DNA from: Octopus sinensis
Taxonomy: Eukaryota
NCBI RefSeq assembly: GCF_006345805.1
Contig: NC_043006.1
Coordinates: forward strand, 91,636,001-91,700,000
DNA length: 64,000 nucleotides
Direction of reading: 5' to 3'
The translations under genes and the position numbers were made by a program. Positions 1-12,249 of the stretch are shown in pieces. The notes beneath the pieces were generated by a model. The model was not told the DNA's origin and made no database searches. It saw nothing but the letters and a program-made list of their open reading frames with translations. The first letter of the stretch is position 1, and each line of letters begins with the position of its first letter.

Positions 1-1292
1 TATTCATTACTTTTTGAAATCAAGGACTCCGGATGAATTTTTACCAATGAACCCCCCCCCCCGAAAGAATAAGCAACAAACTTATTTCTTGCTACTCCCT
101 TGTCCGATCTCCTACTTGGAACAAAGATTAGTATGCGATGTTGGTGAAAGTCACTGTTTATATCTAAGTATAATAGGTTTCCCAGTATATATTTGTTTGT
201 ATATGCATATATAAAGACCATTTGGGCTCAAGATTATAAGGTCATGTGTTGTATTCTTGAAATGGGGCGGGCAGACTGTATCCAATGAGCAAGGTGATTC
301 GTTTTACGTTAGCCTAGTCATCTGGAAATGAGTGCCCACCCAGTGCTGGTGCAATCATTTCTCCCTCCATCCGTCATATCCTCGATGCTCTGTTGGATGA
401 AGAGATCGGAAAGCTGTAAAGGTGTCGGCATCTACAACTGCTCTCGGCACACAAAACAATTAGCATGAGCAAAATCCATTCTGCTATGGTTGTTTATTCA
501 ATGCTATGTTCTTCTAATTTCACCAAAAAACTCCTGAATCGTTGTTATCATTCGCCAGAAGTTTACCTTAAAAATTACCTCATCTCTCCTTTTGGCAATG
601 CTAGGTAGAGTAGGCAAATATTCTTTGTCCAGTGGCTGTACTAAAGGGAATAATATGATGTATGAAAGGGAAGAAAAGCTGAAGTTAAGTGTTTTTTCTC
701 CTTTCTAGACGAACTGATCAGCTTCTCTCAGTTCACTCGCAGTGGAAGACAAAGAGAAAGCGAAAGGAGGAAACTAGTTTTGGGGAAAATTTATGAAGGG
801 ATTACAACGAATGTTTCTTGTTGGGAGTTTGCTGTGTTTTCTCCTTTTTTCGTTTCAACTTGAAATTATTTGTTGAAAGACAAACGGAAAATTGGTAGAT
901 TTGGATTGTTCTGAGCTTTTCTGAGCCAATCCACACTGAGTATTATGTCTGTGTCTGTGTGTGTATGTGTGCGCATCTATGTGTGTGCGTGTGGTGTATA
1001 TTTTGCGGTACAGCTTTACGGCCGCCATTAAAATCTGTTGATTTAGATCTTCTTAAAGCTTTTCACTTTTTGTAGGCGATCTCGTCGCTCTCTTTCTTCG
1101 TGTGTTTTGCTACATTACCTTGTAATGTCTCGAAGAATTATGTTTTGATAAACAGCAAAAAGTCCTCCTTAAAAATAAATTCTATTCCTTTTAACAAGAC
1201 ATTTTGTGCAGTGTCGGATACGATTGACCGAGAACTGATTTTCTTCGCTTGATTCTCGGAGGGAAAAAAATTGTTTATTCGGAATCGAGGCA

Positions 1293-2361
1293 GTTGATTG
1301 ATTGATTGATTAATTCTAGTTTCAGCTCATGAGCTGTGGCCATGCTGGGGCACCGCCATTTGGTGTTGCTACATGGTTTTACTTCACGAATGCTTTTTGG
1401 CAACTGCCATTTGGTGCATGAGAGAGTTCGATGCAGCTGCCCTCATCTGCACCTCCTGCCGTGAAGTTGGTTCATCTGGGATACCTGACAGGAAGAGATC
1501 CAGTTTCATTTTAAAGACATCTGCATCCACCCCATGCAGGTCTCTCAGATTCCTCGGGAGGATATTGAAGAGCTGTGGGCCTCGGAAGACCAGGCTATCA
1601 CAGTATCTTGTCCTACATCTTGATGGCAAATTTGGAGTCCTAGGCACCACGCAGTGGCGCCCAGTTCTGGCATTTGTGTAACTCTCGATGCCAAAGTTTG
1701 GGACAAGTCCCTCCAGGATCTTCCAGATGTATATTATGGCATATCTTTCTCGCCTACGCTCTTGAGTCTTTCCCAGTAGCTTATATTCTGCATAGAAGCT
1801 ATCTTCTTCGTGTAGCTACGTTGGATCGCCTCAAGTTCTGTGATCAGCTTGACACTGGATGGTGACCATAGCTGAGAGCAATAGTCAAAGTGGCTTAGGA
1901 CAAGTGTCCTCCAGAGGACCATCATGGTTTCTTGTTCTCTTGTTCTAAAGGTTCTGAAAATCCACCCGGCCAGTCGTCTACATTTCATTGCCAATTTAGC
2001 AACATGTACACGAAAGGTTGCGTCATCACTCATGTAAATACCCAGGTCACGCACTGATTGTGCCTCTGGGATTGCAATTCCTCCGGGTCCAGTGTATTCA
2101 TTGGGTATTGCATTTAGTTTTGCATGCTGATAGTATAAAGCTTGAAACTTTTCAGCATTGAACTGCATGCTATTCTTTTCAGCCCACTTGTATATTTCGT
2201 CCAGCTCACATTGCAGGTGCTTAGTGTCTTCAGGGTTCTGTATTGCCTGTGAAACTTTTGTATCATCTGCATAACTTGTGATCGTGGCTCTCTGCGTGGC
2301 TGAGGGCATGTCTGAGAGGGCCATTATGAACAGTAGTGGTCCCAAAACAGTGCCTTGCAGT
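1293..2361 (-). mobile_element. 5'-truncated CR1/L2-type LINE: RT C-terminal half, ORF2 end, 3' tail and (ATCA)n terminal repeat
   Basis: ORF 1734-2345 reads (QGTVL)GPLLF..SYADDTK..FNAEKF..DLGI..DYCSQLWSP..YWERLK. A small deletion shifts the frame before ERRRERY. ORF 1384-1650 has GPQLFNILP..FKMKLDLFLSGIPDEP, typical of the CR1 ORF2 end. The tail follows the stop codon and ends in ATCA repeats. Confidence 0.9.
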
Positions 2362-2771
2362 ATTTCGCCTGTCTTTATGTTGAGACTAATTAGTTGAGAC
2401 TAATTGCATTCAAAATTCTATTCTAAATCTATTCCGGACTATTACTGCTACTACAACTTGATGGTTTTTCATTCCAGCACAAAGCAAGCGATGGTATTGA
2501 ACTTAGAACGAAAAGAAGCGGAAGACATACTGCATAGCATTTCACCAACGCCCTAACAATTTCACTAAATAATAATTCTTTATAATTTTGACACAGTTTT
2601 AAAACGAGGGTCTTTATGGATTGGTAAATTCGTCGCTGACACTTTGTCTCATCGACGCTGGAGCGTTGAAAGAGGCAAAGCTTGCTTCATCAGGATTTGA
2701 AATTATTACTGAAACATCCGAAACAAATGCCGTAAGACATTTTCTCCCAACGCTCTGACGAGTCTGTCAGC

Positions 2772-2994
2772 TTGCCCTACTACTACAACCACCACCACCA
2801 CCACCACCACACCACCACCACCACCACCATCCACCACCACCGCCACCGCCACCGCCGCTGCCACCGCCGTCGCCCCCACCGCCGCCGTCGCTACCACCGC
2901 CGCCGCCGCCGCTACTACTACTGCTGCTGCTACAACAACAACAACAACAACTACTACAACAACAACAACTACAACAACAACAACAACAACAACA

Positions 2995-3038
<44 letters not shown>

Positions 3039-3053
3039 AACTACTACTACTAG
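2772..3053. repeat. Compound trinucleotide microsatellite (TAC/CAC/CGC/TGC/AAC)
   Basis: Read directly; it accounts for the spurious poly-V/H/N/Y ORFs at 2706-3056. Confidence 0.95.
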
Positions 3054-4537
3054 CATTGATAAATGCGAAATAATATAGAGTGAAGATAAGAGTGTAACAT
3101 CGTGTGCAAAATGGTTTCTGGAATCAGTAATGTTTCGATTTCGGGGAATTCAAGAAAAGAAATCTTTGAAAATAAAAAAAGCGAAGAACTAAACAAAGCA
3201 GAACAAAACAGAGATGGCGGCGGCTTCACGACGGAAAGGAATGTTGAATGAACAAGTTTTGTAAATGTTTGGTTATTTTCATTTATAGCTGTGAATGGAA
3301 AAAACTCAATCTTGTAGTTTTCACCAGAACTGATCTTTGCTGTGACAGGAACGTGCCCTGGGAGCATTCTGTAGACAATTCCAAATAAATGAAACAATTG
3401 AATTGGCAATATGCAAATGCGTTTCGAAATTGGCGAAAATGTAGCAGGTGCGATGATTGAATGTTATAAATTCGGTTAGAAGAAATGATTTTGCTATTGG
3501 AACAACAAAAGAGCAAGTTCACTTCCTTCAGGGATGTAAGTAAACACCACAAGGCACTCTTCCGATTCTGTTTTGTCTTTGTCAATGAAGCAACGGCGAT
3601 AATGGTTTTTCAGAACATTGCCATTATGATAGAAACGCTTTCAGGGGAAGCGTTGTGTGTTCACTCGTTCCCGGAAACTTCCTTGTTGCATACTTTTCTA
3701 CCTGCTACTCACCGACAAATGTAACTAAATACTCTAAAAACGTGGTGACTTTTATCACAGGTTCGCTAAATGTTTTAGATGTCAACGTATTAAGGGTAGA
3801 CATAGACTCTCTTTCTCTCTCTTCTCTCTCTCTCTCTCTCGACTGTTCCTCTCTTTGACCCAACGACATAACAAGTTGTAACTGCTGGAGGAGGTCGGGT
3901 AGAAAGAGCTGCGCCACAACTCAGTTGGTTCTCATTTTTCAGTTGATTAATCTAACAAAGTGGAATAAAGAGCCTTGCTGAAGGAAACAACGCACCACTC
4001 AGTGGCGGAAGTGAACCCACGACACTATGATCCTGAACAAAATATCCTAACGCCCGTGCCTTAGGCCTTCACCTGTAAGTCTATACTGTGAATTTAATAA
4101 ATAACTAAAGTATATGTTAAACCATGATCAAATACACCTCAGTTCAATGGTGTTTTAATGGCGAAAATCTGTATATGTATGTATGTATGTATGTGTGTAT
4201 GTATGTATGTATGTATGTATGTATGTATGTGTGTGTGAGTGTGGGTGTGTGTGTGTGCATCTTAAAAGATTTCCATATTTTCTATTTGTGTTAACTGGTT
4301 TATATATGTTTAATCGCATTATTCAATTTATAATGTAAAATCTCACAACAAGAATGCAAAGATCTAAAACAACATACTGAATTTGAGAAACTACACACAC
4401 AGACACACACACACACACATGCACACACACATACATACATTTACACACGCACATACACGTTCGCGCGCACACTAAGCTAGTGATAAAGTATATAAGAGAT
4501 AAGAAAAAATTTGAAATACGTTGGAGTTGGTGGTGGT

Positions 4538-4608
4538 GGGGGGGGGCGGGGGGCGGGGGGAAGCAGCAAAAAGATAGATTCCCAGAAATGATAGATTGGC
4601 AGTCAGTT
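4538..4608 (+). promoter_or_regulatory. G-run/GC-box cluster with ATTGG and an initiator-like TCAGTT; possible promoter, G-quadruplex-capable
   Basis: G9-C-G6-C-G6 at 4538-4560 (two GGGCGG), ATTGG at 4595-4599, TCAGTT at 4603-4608. Motifs only; no transcript evidence. Confidence 0.25.
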
Positions 4609-4849
4609 AGACATAGAAGACATGGAACTAAATATGTTTGCTGTTTTGCTCTTATACACTTTCAGAATTTATTGCGAGTTTCTTGTAATTTCTTTGCAGA
4701 AAATTCTTGATGGAAAATTTCAATTTCGTTTTTGTGTTTTTCTTTGTTTTAAAGAAAGCGTTGCATTTGCATGCAGTGTTTTGGTTGTCATTAGGTACAC
4801 GATGGAGGCGATCTGTATATTTAGGAGGGAAGAGGGAAGAGGAAGAGGT

Positions 4850-4991
4850 GGAGAGAGAGAGAGGTGGGGGGAGAGAGTGAGAGAGAGAGAAAGAGAGAGA
4901 GTGAAAGATAGAGAGAAAGAGAGAAAGAGAGAAAAAAAGAGAGAAAGAGAGAGAAAGAAAGAGAGAAAGAGAGAGAGAAAGAGAGAAAGAA

Positions 4992-5034
<43 letters not shown>

Positions 5035-5035
5035 A

Positions 5036-5066
<31 letters not shown>

Positions 5067-5082
5067 AAGAGAAGAGAGAGAA
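4850..5082. repeat. (AG)n/(AAAG)n purine microsatellite
   Basis: Read directly; it accounts for the RE-rich and SL-rich ORFs. Confidence 0.95.
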
Positions 5083-5821
5083 ACAGTGCAGAGTAAATTG
5101 GTTGTAAATAGTAACTGGAAATCAGATAATCGTGACTTGACATTGTTCTCTCTCGTCATAGGATTTGGAAAAATCAATAAATCTAATCCGGCATCTGTTA
5201 TAGCTTTGCAAAAATCAACGCATATAAATCATTGGCTTTCTTTTCGTTACATTTGTTTCCATTTCGTTCTGTCTTTTCTAATGACGACTCAAATTTGAAT
5301 ATGCATTACAAAAATGTTATAGTAAGCAGATTATCAAATGTTTGATGTTATTTAATTTTTGATTGAACATCTACAATTAATATTTATGTACAATTAATTT
5401 ATGAAGCCCAATTAAGTATTGTTAAACACTAAACAAGTGATAAATTTTATTTTATCGCTTTTTGTTCAATAAATTTGTCTATTTCTTATTCAGATAAAAA
5501 CACGGCCGTTGCCTTACTAAAGGACAAATTGTGTTTAAGAGCAACGATATTTGCCGGGTATCAAAATAGCGTTCTGGGTTCAATACTTTCTACACGTTTT
5601 GTCGCTACGAAATACTTAAGCGTGAATTCCACTTTATAGACACTTCTCTGTTTCCCCTTATTTATGTCATACACTTGGGAACAAAAGAGTCGCTGATTAC
5701 AAGCATCTGACAAAGTAATCACTCACCCGATGAAATATTCACGCGACACATATTCAGTTACTTCTATGTTTATATTGTTACGTTAACTTGGTCCGAATGA
5801 TTCTTGAACCAGAGATAGAAT

Positions 5822-6040
5822 AACGGTTTGAAATTTTGGTACAAGGCCAGTAATTTTGTGGGATGAGATCAGATGATTACATCGACCCCTGTGTTCAATT
5901 GGTTCTTATTTTGTCGACCCCGAAATGATGAATGCCAAAGTGGGCCTCGGTGGATTTGAACTGAGAACGTGAAGACAGACGAAATGTCGCAAAGCAGTGT
6001 TCCCGGTGTGCTAACGATTCTCCCACCTCATCGCCTTCAA
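5822..6040 (-). mobile_element. SINE-B (tRNA-derived), older subfamily with the alternative 3' tail
   Basis: Head and core match the copy at 35271-35500 (B-box-like GTTCAAAT, GGGGTCGA..AATAAG core). The tail is instead CTGGCCTTGTACCAAAATTTCAAACC. Confidence 0.8.
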
Positions 6041-6605
6041 ACCAGAGCTAAAATGTGGCAAAATATTTAATTTACAAGAATATAAACAAAATGTTTTAAA
6101 GAATAACCAACCCAAACGACATTTCGATGAAGAAAGAGTGAATGTGTCTCAAATAAGATATTTCTCTAGAATGTTCAGTGTAATGGAGTCCTCTAAATGA
6201 CGCCAACTGGAAGCACCAGACAGTTAATAATTATCAGTGTGAAACTGGGGTACGAGTATAGATGGAGATATAATCCAGCTGTTGACTGTCACAAGAAAAG
6301 AAGAGATGCAAGCAAACCTCAGCTGTTGACGACAAATAAGCCATTAAATTGCCGGTTGATCTCGTGTGATAAAGCAGTTTTCCGCTGAAATATAAAGATT
6401 ACGTAAAATGTGTTATCTCTAGCAAGGAGCTAATGAAATTAAACCGTGAGCTAAACGCGAAACGTTGGGTAGAATTGCAACAAAACGTTATTTGAATCAG
6501 CAGAAAGTGTATGGCTGTCACACTGGCTTTTAGTGTATAGCAATACTTTCCTCATATCTGATGTGCATGTGTGTGTGTAAGTGTGTGTGTGTGTTTTTTT
6601 TTTTA

Positions 6606-6806
6606 TTGTGTTTGTCGCCATCACTGCTTGACAACTTGTCTTGGTTCGTTTACCTCCCCATAATCTAGCGGTTCGGTGCAGAGACCGATGAAGAAAGCAC
6701 CAAATTTTATAGAATTAGCATTCGGGTCGATTTGTCTGACTAAACCCATTCAGGCTGTGCCCCAGCGTGGTCACAGTCCAATGACAGAAACGAGTAAAAG
6801 ATAAAG
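6606..6806 (+). mobile_element. SINE-A 3' half, diverged
   Basis: Matches the downstream half of the SINE-A copies (GCTTGACAAC..TAGCGGTTCGG..GGTCGATTTG..CCAGC..GAAAC..GTAAAAG). Confidence 0.75.
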
Positions 6807-7557
6807 GAAGATTAAAATTTGTTCTAAATCTAAAGAATTTTCAATGGAAATGGTACACTAACCTGATTTCCATTACAATTATCCTGAGTTTTCATGGCAA
6901 CCACTAACATAGTTTAATGAATTGTAAAAACACACCAGAAGTCCAATAACATCACATGGTTTCTAATGGAGAATATTTAGGAACTGGAAGAATTTTATTT
7001 CTGCATCTGTTTATTGCAATCTATCTCTTTGGCAATAAATGTGAATATTATCGATATTTCGGGAGAGAATATAATTTCAGCGTGAGATGTAGCAAGCAGT
7101 TTAGTTTGGACTGAGACGAATGAGATAATCTGTTTGACACTAGTTATTATTTAAAAAATATCCGTGTATTGTTACTCTATAAAGCCGAAGTAAAATTCGA
7201 CGTATTATTGGCGTATTTGACCGCATTGCAAACATACATGGGAATATCGTGAGTGCAGCCGAGGAGAAGTTTGCCCCACGACTAAGTACATGTGGATTTG
7301 AACCTATTATATATATCATGGGCAAATGTTTCTTCCTTCGTGGTGTTCCAGCAAGCATCTTTCAGCGAGGTCAACTTGTGAAAAATCAGAAAAAAATAAA
7401 AGAAACAACCAAGGATAAAAGAAACAAAAAAGGGGGTAAAAATGGTACTTACGAACGGCGTCACCTGTGACAGAATTTCCGTACCGAGTTACATGTTTGC
7501 ATTATGTGCACCTGTATATTTATATACAAACACAAATGTAAATATATGTTTGCATTT

Positions 7558-7690
7558 AGGTGCAGGTGTGGCTGCGTGGTAAGAAGCTCGCTTCCCAACC
7601 GCATGCTTTCGGGGTCATTCTCAGTCATTTAGGCGACTTTCCTCTACTGTAGGCTCAGGCCGAGCAATGCCTTGTGAGGGGATTTGGTGG

Positions 7691-7729
<39 letters not shown>

Positions 7730-7925
7730 TCCCCCCCCCCACCGCTTGATAACCAGTGTTAGTGTACTTATCTCCCCGTAACTTAGCGATTTGGCAAAAG
7801 CGAATGATAGAATAAGTACCGGGCTTTAAAAACGTAAATACTGTGCTTGATGCATTCAACTAAAAATTCAAGGCGGAGCCCCAGCATGGCCGCAGTCTAA
7901 TAACTGAAACAGGTGAAAGATTAAA
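7558..7925 (+). mobile_element. SINE-A copy (AAGAAGC head variant) with an internal deletion
   Basis: Head GGTGTGGCTGCGTGGTAAGAAGC, internal GT microsatellite, tail CCAGCATGGCCGCAGTC..ACTGAAAC. Confidence 0.85.
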
Positions 7926-8809
7926 GATTTTCGAACGACGACATTGCGGACATAATTTCTGTACCGAGTTACATGTTTGTATTATATACATGTGTATATC
8001 TCTATACTCACATGTATATAAATAAATGTTTCACTGTTCATATACACAGAAATGTATATAGATAAATGTATGTGTTCGTATCTGACTTTAACCGTCTGAA
8101 ATGAAATGGTCCAGTCATGGTTTCTTTGGAAAGTATGTAAATCAGAGATTGCAGTATAAATTACGTAAAGGAAAATCGGAGTTAGATATTTCTCTAGGAA
8201 TACATATTTATGTAGTAATTGTTTTCGATATCCCGAGACTTTCAGGAAGCGTAGAAGCCTTGCAGGCGACTGGAGCAAACGTTTCCAACACACACTAAGC
8301 GAATATTAGGGAGAGCAAAATATTCAAATTTCTTACATTGATGTTCTGTGAATTTATAGCGATGCAGGGCTGACTTGGTGGATCCTGTCAACCGTCAGTG
8401 ACAACCTTTTGGTATAGGGCGAAGAAAATGGTGAACCCATACGTCCATGTCATTCTTTCATCCTCCAAGTTTTCACTTTTGATTCTCTCCTTCTTTCTCT
8501 CGCTTCCAAATCTTTATGCTGTTTCGTCTCTGCAAAACCAGGTGAAAATAGATCAGCTTGAACTGCCTTGTACTATGTTCAGTTTTATAAGTCGTACGAT
8601 ATTTGCAGGAAAGAATAAGGAAGATACCAAACAGTAAATGGCATCGTAGATAAGAGTCCTATGTTAATGAGCTGCGGGTGATTTTTGATAAGAAATGTAC
8701 AATCGAAACTTTATCTTTTAAGTATTGTGTTTATCTTTATTTTATATTTCAGCTTCTTTCTATTACGTACACGCACACTTACGTACATATCTACACACAC
8801 ACATACACA

Positions 8810-8864
<55 letters not shown>

Positions 8865-8956
8865 CATATAAATACAAACACGTTCATATGCATATATGTG
8901 TCTGTAATGGTCTGTGCATTTGTATGTATATATATATGTGTGCTTATGTGTTTATG

Positions 8957-9023
<67 letters not shown>

Positions 9024-9030
9024 CATATAT

Positions 9031-9073
<43 letters not shown>

Positions 9074-10193
9074 CGTATATATGTGTATGTGTGTTAATAT
9101 GTCAGTGTATGTATGTAGATTGATTTTTGTATACATGTGAACGGTTTTTCTGTTAGACCTATTGCAAATGTCAGTCCCTCCAATCACACACGTACATACG
9201 TGTGTGTCTGTTTGTATGTGTGTGCGTGTGTGTTTGTGTGTGTGTGTTTGTGAGTATGTGTGTGTGTGTGTAATATAAAAGTAAGGAAATTTGGGTTGTT
9301 TACTTCTTTATATCGGTTTATTGGAAGAATCAAAGAATATTACCTTCCAGTCATTCCTGGGTTTCATAAGCAGAAGTCAAAGCTGTGTCACTCTTTTTAC
9401 TCGTCAAATGCAACCGCAAAAAAACTGATCTGACTGTTTCTTCAAACAGAACTCAACGATTGGAAATGCTGTTATAGCTTTCATCCGTCCAGGCTCAATA
9501 AAAGACACGTTTTAGTTCAACAAACCCTAAATTGCTATGTCTCTTGCGGACATACAACTTCTGTTGATTTCAACTAATTTTACAGCGACAATATTTTCTT
9601 TCCGACAACATATCCAACACAAACAAAACTACATTCATAGATTGAAGAACATACACAGCTCTTTGTTTAACACATTTAAAAGTGATTTTTATTAATGTTG
9701 TCAGTGGAAACTCTTTTTTTTCCCTCAACTATTTGTTGCAAAATTCAAACCTGTAATTACGAAAACAATTAAAACTAAACGCAACTGTTTTACCAAATTC
9801 GCATTTTGTACTGTTTAGTCATGTAGGGGTTTACATTTCTAGTCAAACATATATGGAAATATCGTGAGTGCTGTAGTTTCCAGCTCGAAATTCCTGGGAT
9901 CTCTGTTGAAACTGGCTCACACTTATTGTCCAATAACCCATATACTGCATTAACATTCCTCGCACTTTCCGTTGCCTTTATTAAACTAAAAAAAGCAAAA
10001 TATGCCGAAGAGCCTCCTTTATCACTTCCATTATGTTAAAACCGAACTGCACTCTTCAAAGCTTGCGCTAAGGATAAATACAAAATAAAATTACTGCTTT
10101 TATAGCAAGTTGATGCTGGTAGTTTATCCCGTCCCCCGCCGACTTTTACTTTTTGCAATTAAAAAAGGGCATTAATTATGGGATGACCCAATA

Positions 10194-10560
10194 TCTCTCT
10201 ATATATAAACGGCAGTTTGTCTGTCTGTGTGTCTGTGTGTCTGTCAGGTTGTACCCTCACCCTGATTCTGATGAAACTTGACACACACATAGCCCAATGT
10301 CATAATTCAAAACTAACGCAGCGAAAATGTTGAAAAGTTCCCCCAGTTCTGAAAAAAAATCGATAAATTCGACATGGGGTCGAGAATCAGAAACACAAAC
10401 CACAGACTGTCTAGGGGACGCAACTCGACCTTTTTAACTCTCAAAAAAATTTACCATAATTTTTTTTCCATTTTTTTGCTATTTTTTGGCTATAACTCTC
10501 TAAAAATGCTTTATAGTTATTTCCCTTACAAACCCGAGCAACGCCGGGCGATACTGCTAG
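10194..10560 (+). mobile_element. Non-autonomous Helitron, about 367 bp
   Basis: Starts TC(TCTCTATATATAAA) after an A at 10193, carries internal GTCT repeats, has a subterminal hairpin CCCG-AGCAACGC-CGGG (10533-10548), and ends CTAG (10557-10560) before a T. No TSD, as expected. Confidence 0.8.
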
Positions 10561-10626
10561 TATATATATATATATAAATATATATGTATGTATATATATA
10601 TATATATATGTATGTATATATACATA

Positions 10627-11039
10627 TACTCTTTACTCTTTTACTTGTTTCAGTCATTTGACTGCGGCCATGCCTTTAGTCGAGCAAATCGACCCCGGGA
10701 CTTATTCTTTGTAAGCCCAGTACTTATTCTATCGGTCTCTTTTGCCGAACCGCTAAGTGACGGGGACGTAAACACACCAGCATCGGTTGTCAAGCAATGC
10801 TAGGGGGACAAACACACACACACACACACACACACACCACACACACACACACGCATATATATATATATATATATATATACGACAGGCTTCTTTCAGTTTC
10901 CGTCTACCAAATCCACTCACAAGGCATTGGTCGGCCTGAGGCTATAGCAGAAGACACTTGCCCAAGATGCCACGCAGTGGGACTGAACCCGGAACCATGT
11001 GGTTGGTTAGCAAGCTACTTACCACACAGCCACTCCTGC
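10627..11039 (-). mobile_element. Near full-length SINE-A with an unoccupied Tx1 target site (11006-11020)
   Basis: Reverse complement of the head (A-box-like TGGCTGTGTGG, B-box-like GGTTCAGTCCC), body, internal microsatellite and tail. Confidence 0.92.
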
Positions 11040-11548
11040 ACATACATATATATATATGTATGTGTGTATATATATATATATGTATATATATATTTATATA
11101 TACATATATATATATACACATACATATATAAACATATATATATATATGTGTGTCTGTGTGTATGTATATATACATACATACTCATGCATAAATACACACA
11201 CACTACACACACCCACACTGCACACACACGCGCATATACATATCTATATATGTATGAATCAAGGAGAAAGACGCCCGTCGTCATCCCACAAAGCAGACAT
11301 TATGACATCATGAGTTTCTGTGCCGATCGCTTGCTCTGGAAAGTCTTTGGCCTTGGATAAGAGGTGGCTCGACATTCCATGGAATAACCTTTTGTTGTTT
11401 AATCCTAAAGATTTGTCCATCTTTCATTCCCGATCACCAGAACAGAAAAGAAAAATGTGTCTTCATTTCAATCAAACGCTTCCAGCAGATTAGAACAGGC
11501 TTTCTTTCCCTTCCAATCATTTGTCAGCTGATAAGGTACCCTATTTGG

Positions 11549-11579
<31 letters not shown>

Positions 11580-11629
11580 TGAACGTGCGTGCAGCTATCT
11601 CTCTCCCTTCCTCTCTTTCACTCTCCCTA

Positions 11630-11760
11630 TATCAAGATTAATCAGCCGAAATTGCTAAGATGATCTGGTTCTTGACTGATGACTGAGGGCTTCGAATGTC
11701 CCGTCCTGTGGTTCTTGTGTCGTCTCTGTGTTGTGTCATGTTCTTGTCCATGTCTGTAAT
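11630..11760 (+). repeat. Unclassified interspersed repeat (second copy at 47330-47580)
   Basis: Shares AATCAGCCGAAATTGC..GATGATC..GGTTCTTGACTGA..TTCGAATG..CCGTCC with 47450-47522. Confidence 0.65.
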
Positions 11761-11775
11761 TATTTTTACTGTTTA

Positions 11776-11863
<88 letters not shown>

Positions 11864-12249
11864 TGTGTGTACATGTGCTTGTTTAAAGTCATACGTGCGT
11901 TTAATTGCGTGAATTATATAGGCATTAACCTTAATCAATACCATCTAGAATATAGATGCTTCGATTATGAAATAATGTAGAAGTGTAATGTTGGCAGAAA
12001 TAAGTTCAACAATCATAGAAGTTCATCCTTTCCTTTTAAACTACGACACAATAACCCCGCTATCACATTTAGAAATCCGAATTTTAAGAAACCGAAACTA
12101 CTTTCTTCAAATTTATTTGACTTAATAGAAAATGCTAGCTATAAACTTACACGAACAATAACCCCAAAGGGCCAAAAACTGGTGATAAAAGGCCTGTTTT
12201 TTTCTGTTAGCCCGACAATAAGTTAACCGTTTTACAGGTTAAAGTGTAA

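Noticed and set aside
690-865. Strong plus-strand acceptor (TTTTTTCTCCTTTCTAG at 708) followed by an open frame DELISFSQFTRSG..
   Set aside because: No recognisable protein similarity, donor or partner exon; cannot be supported from sequence alone.
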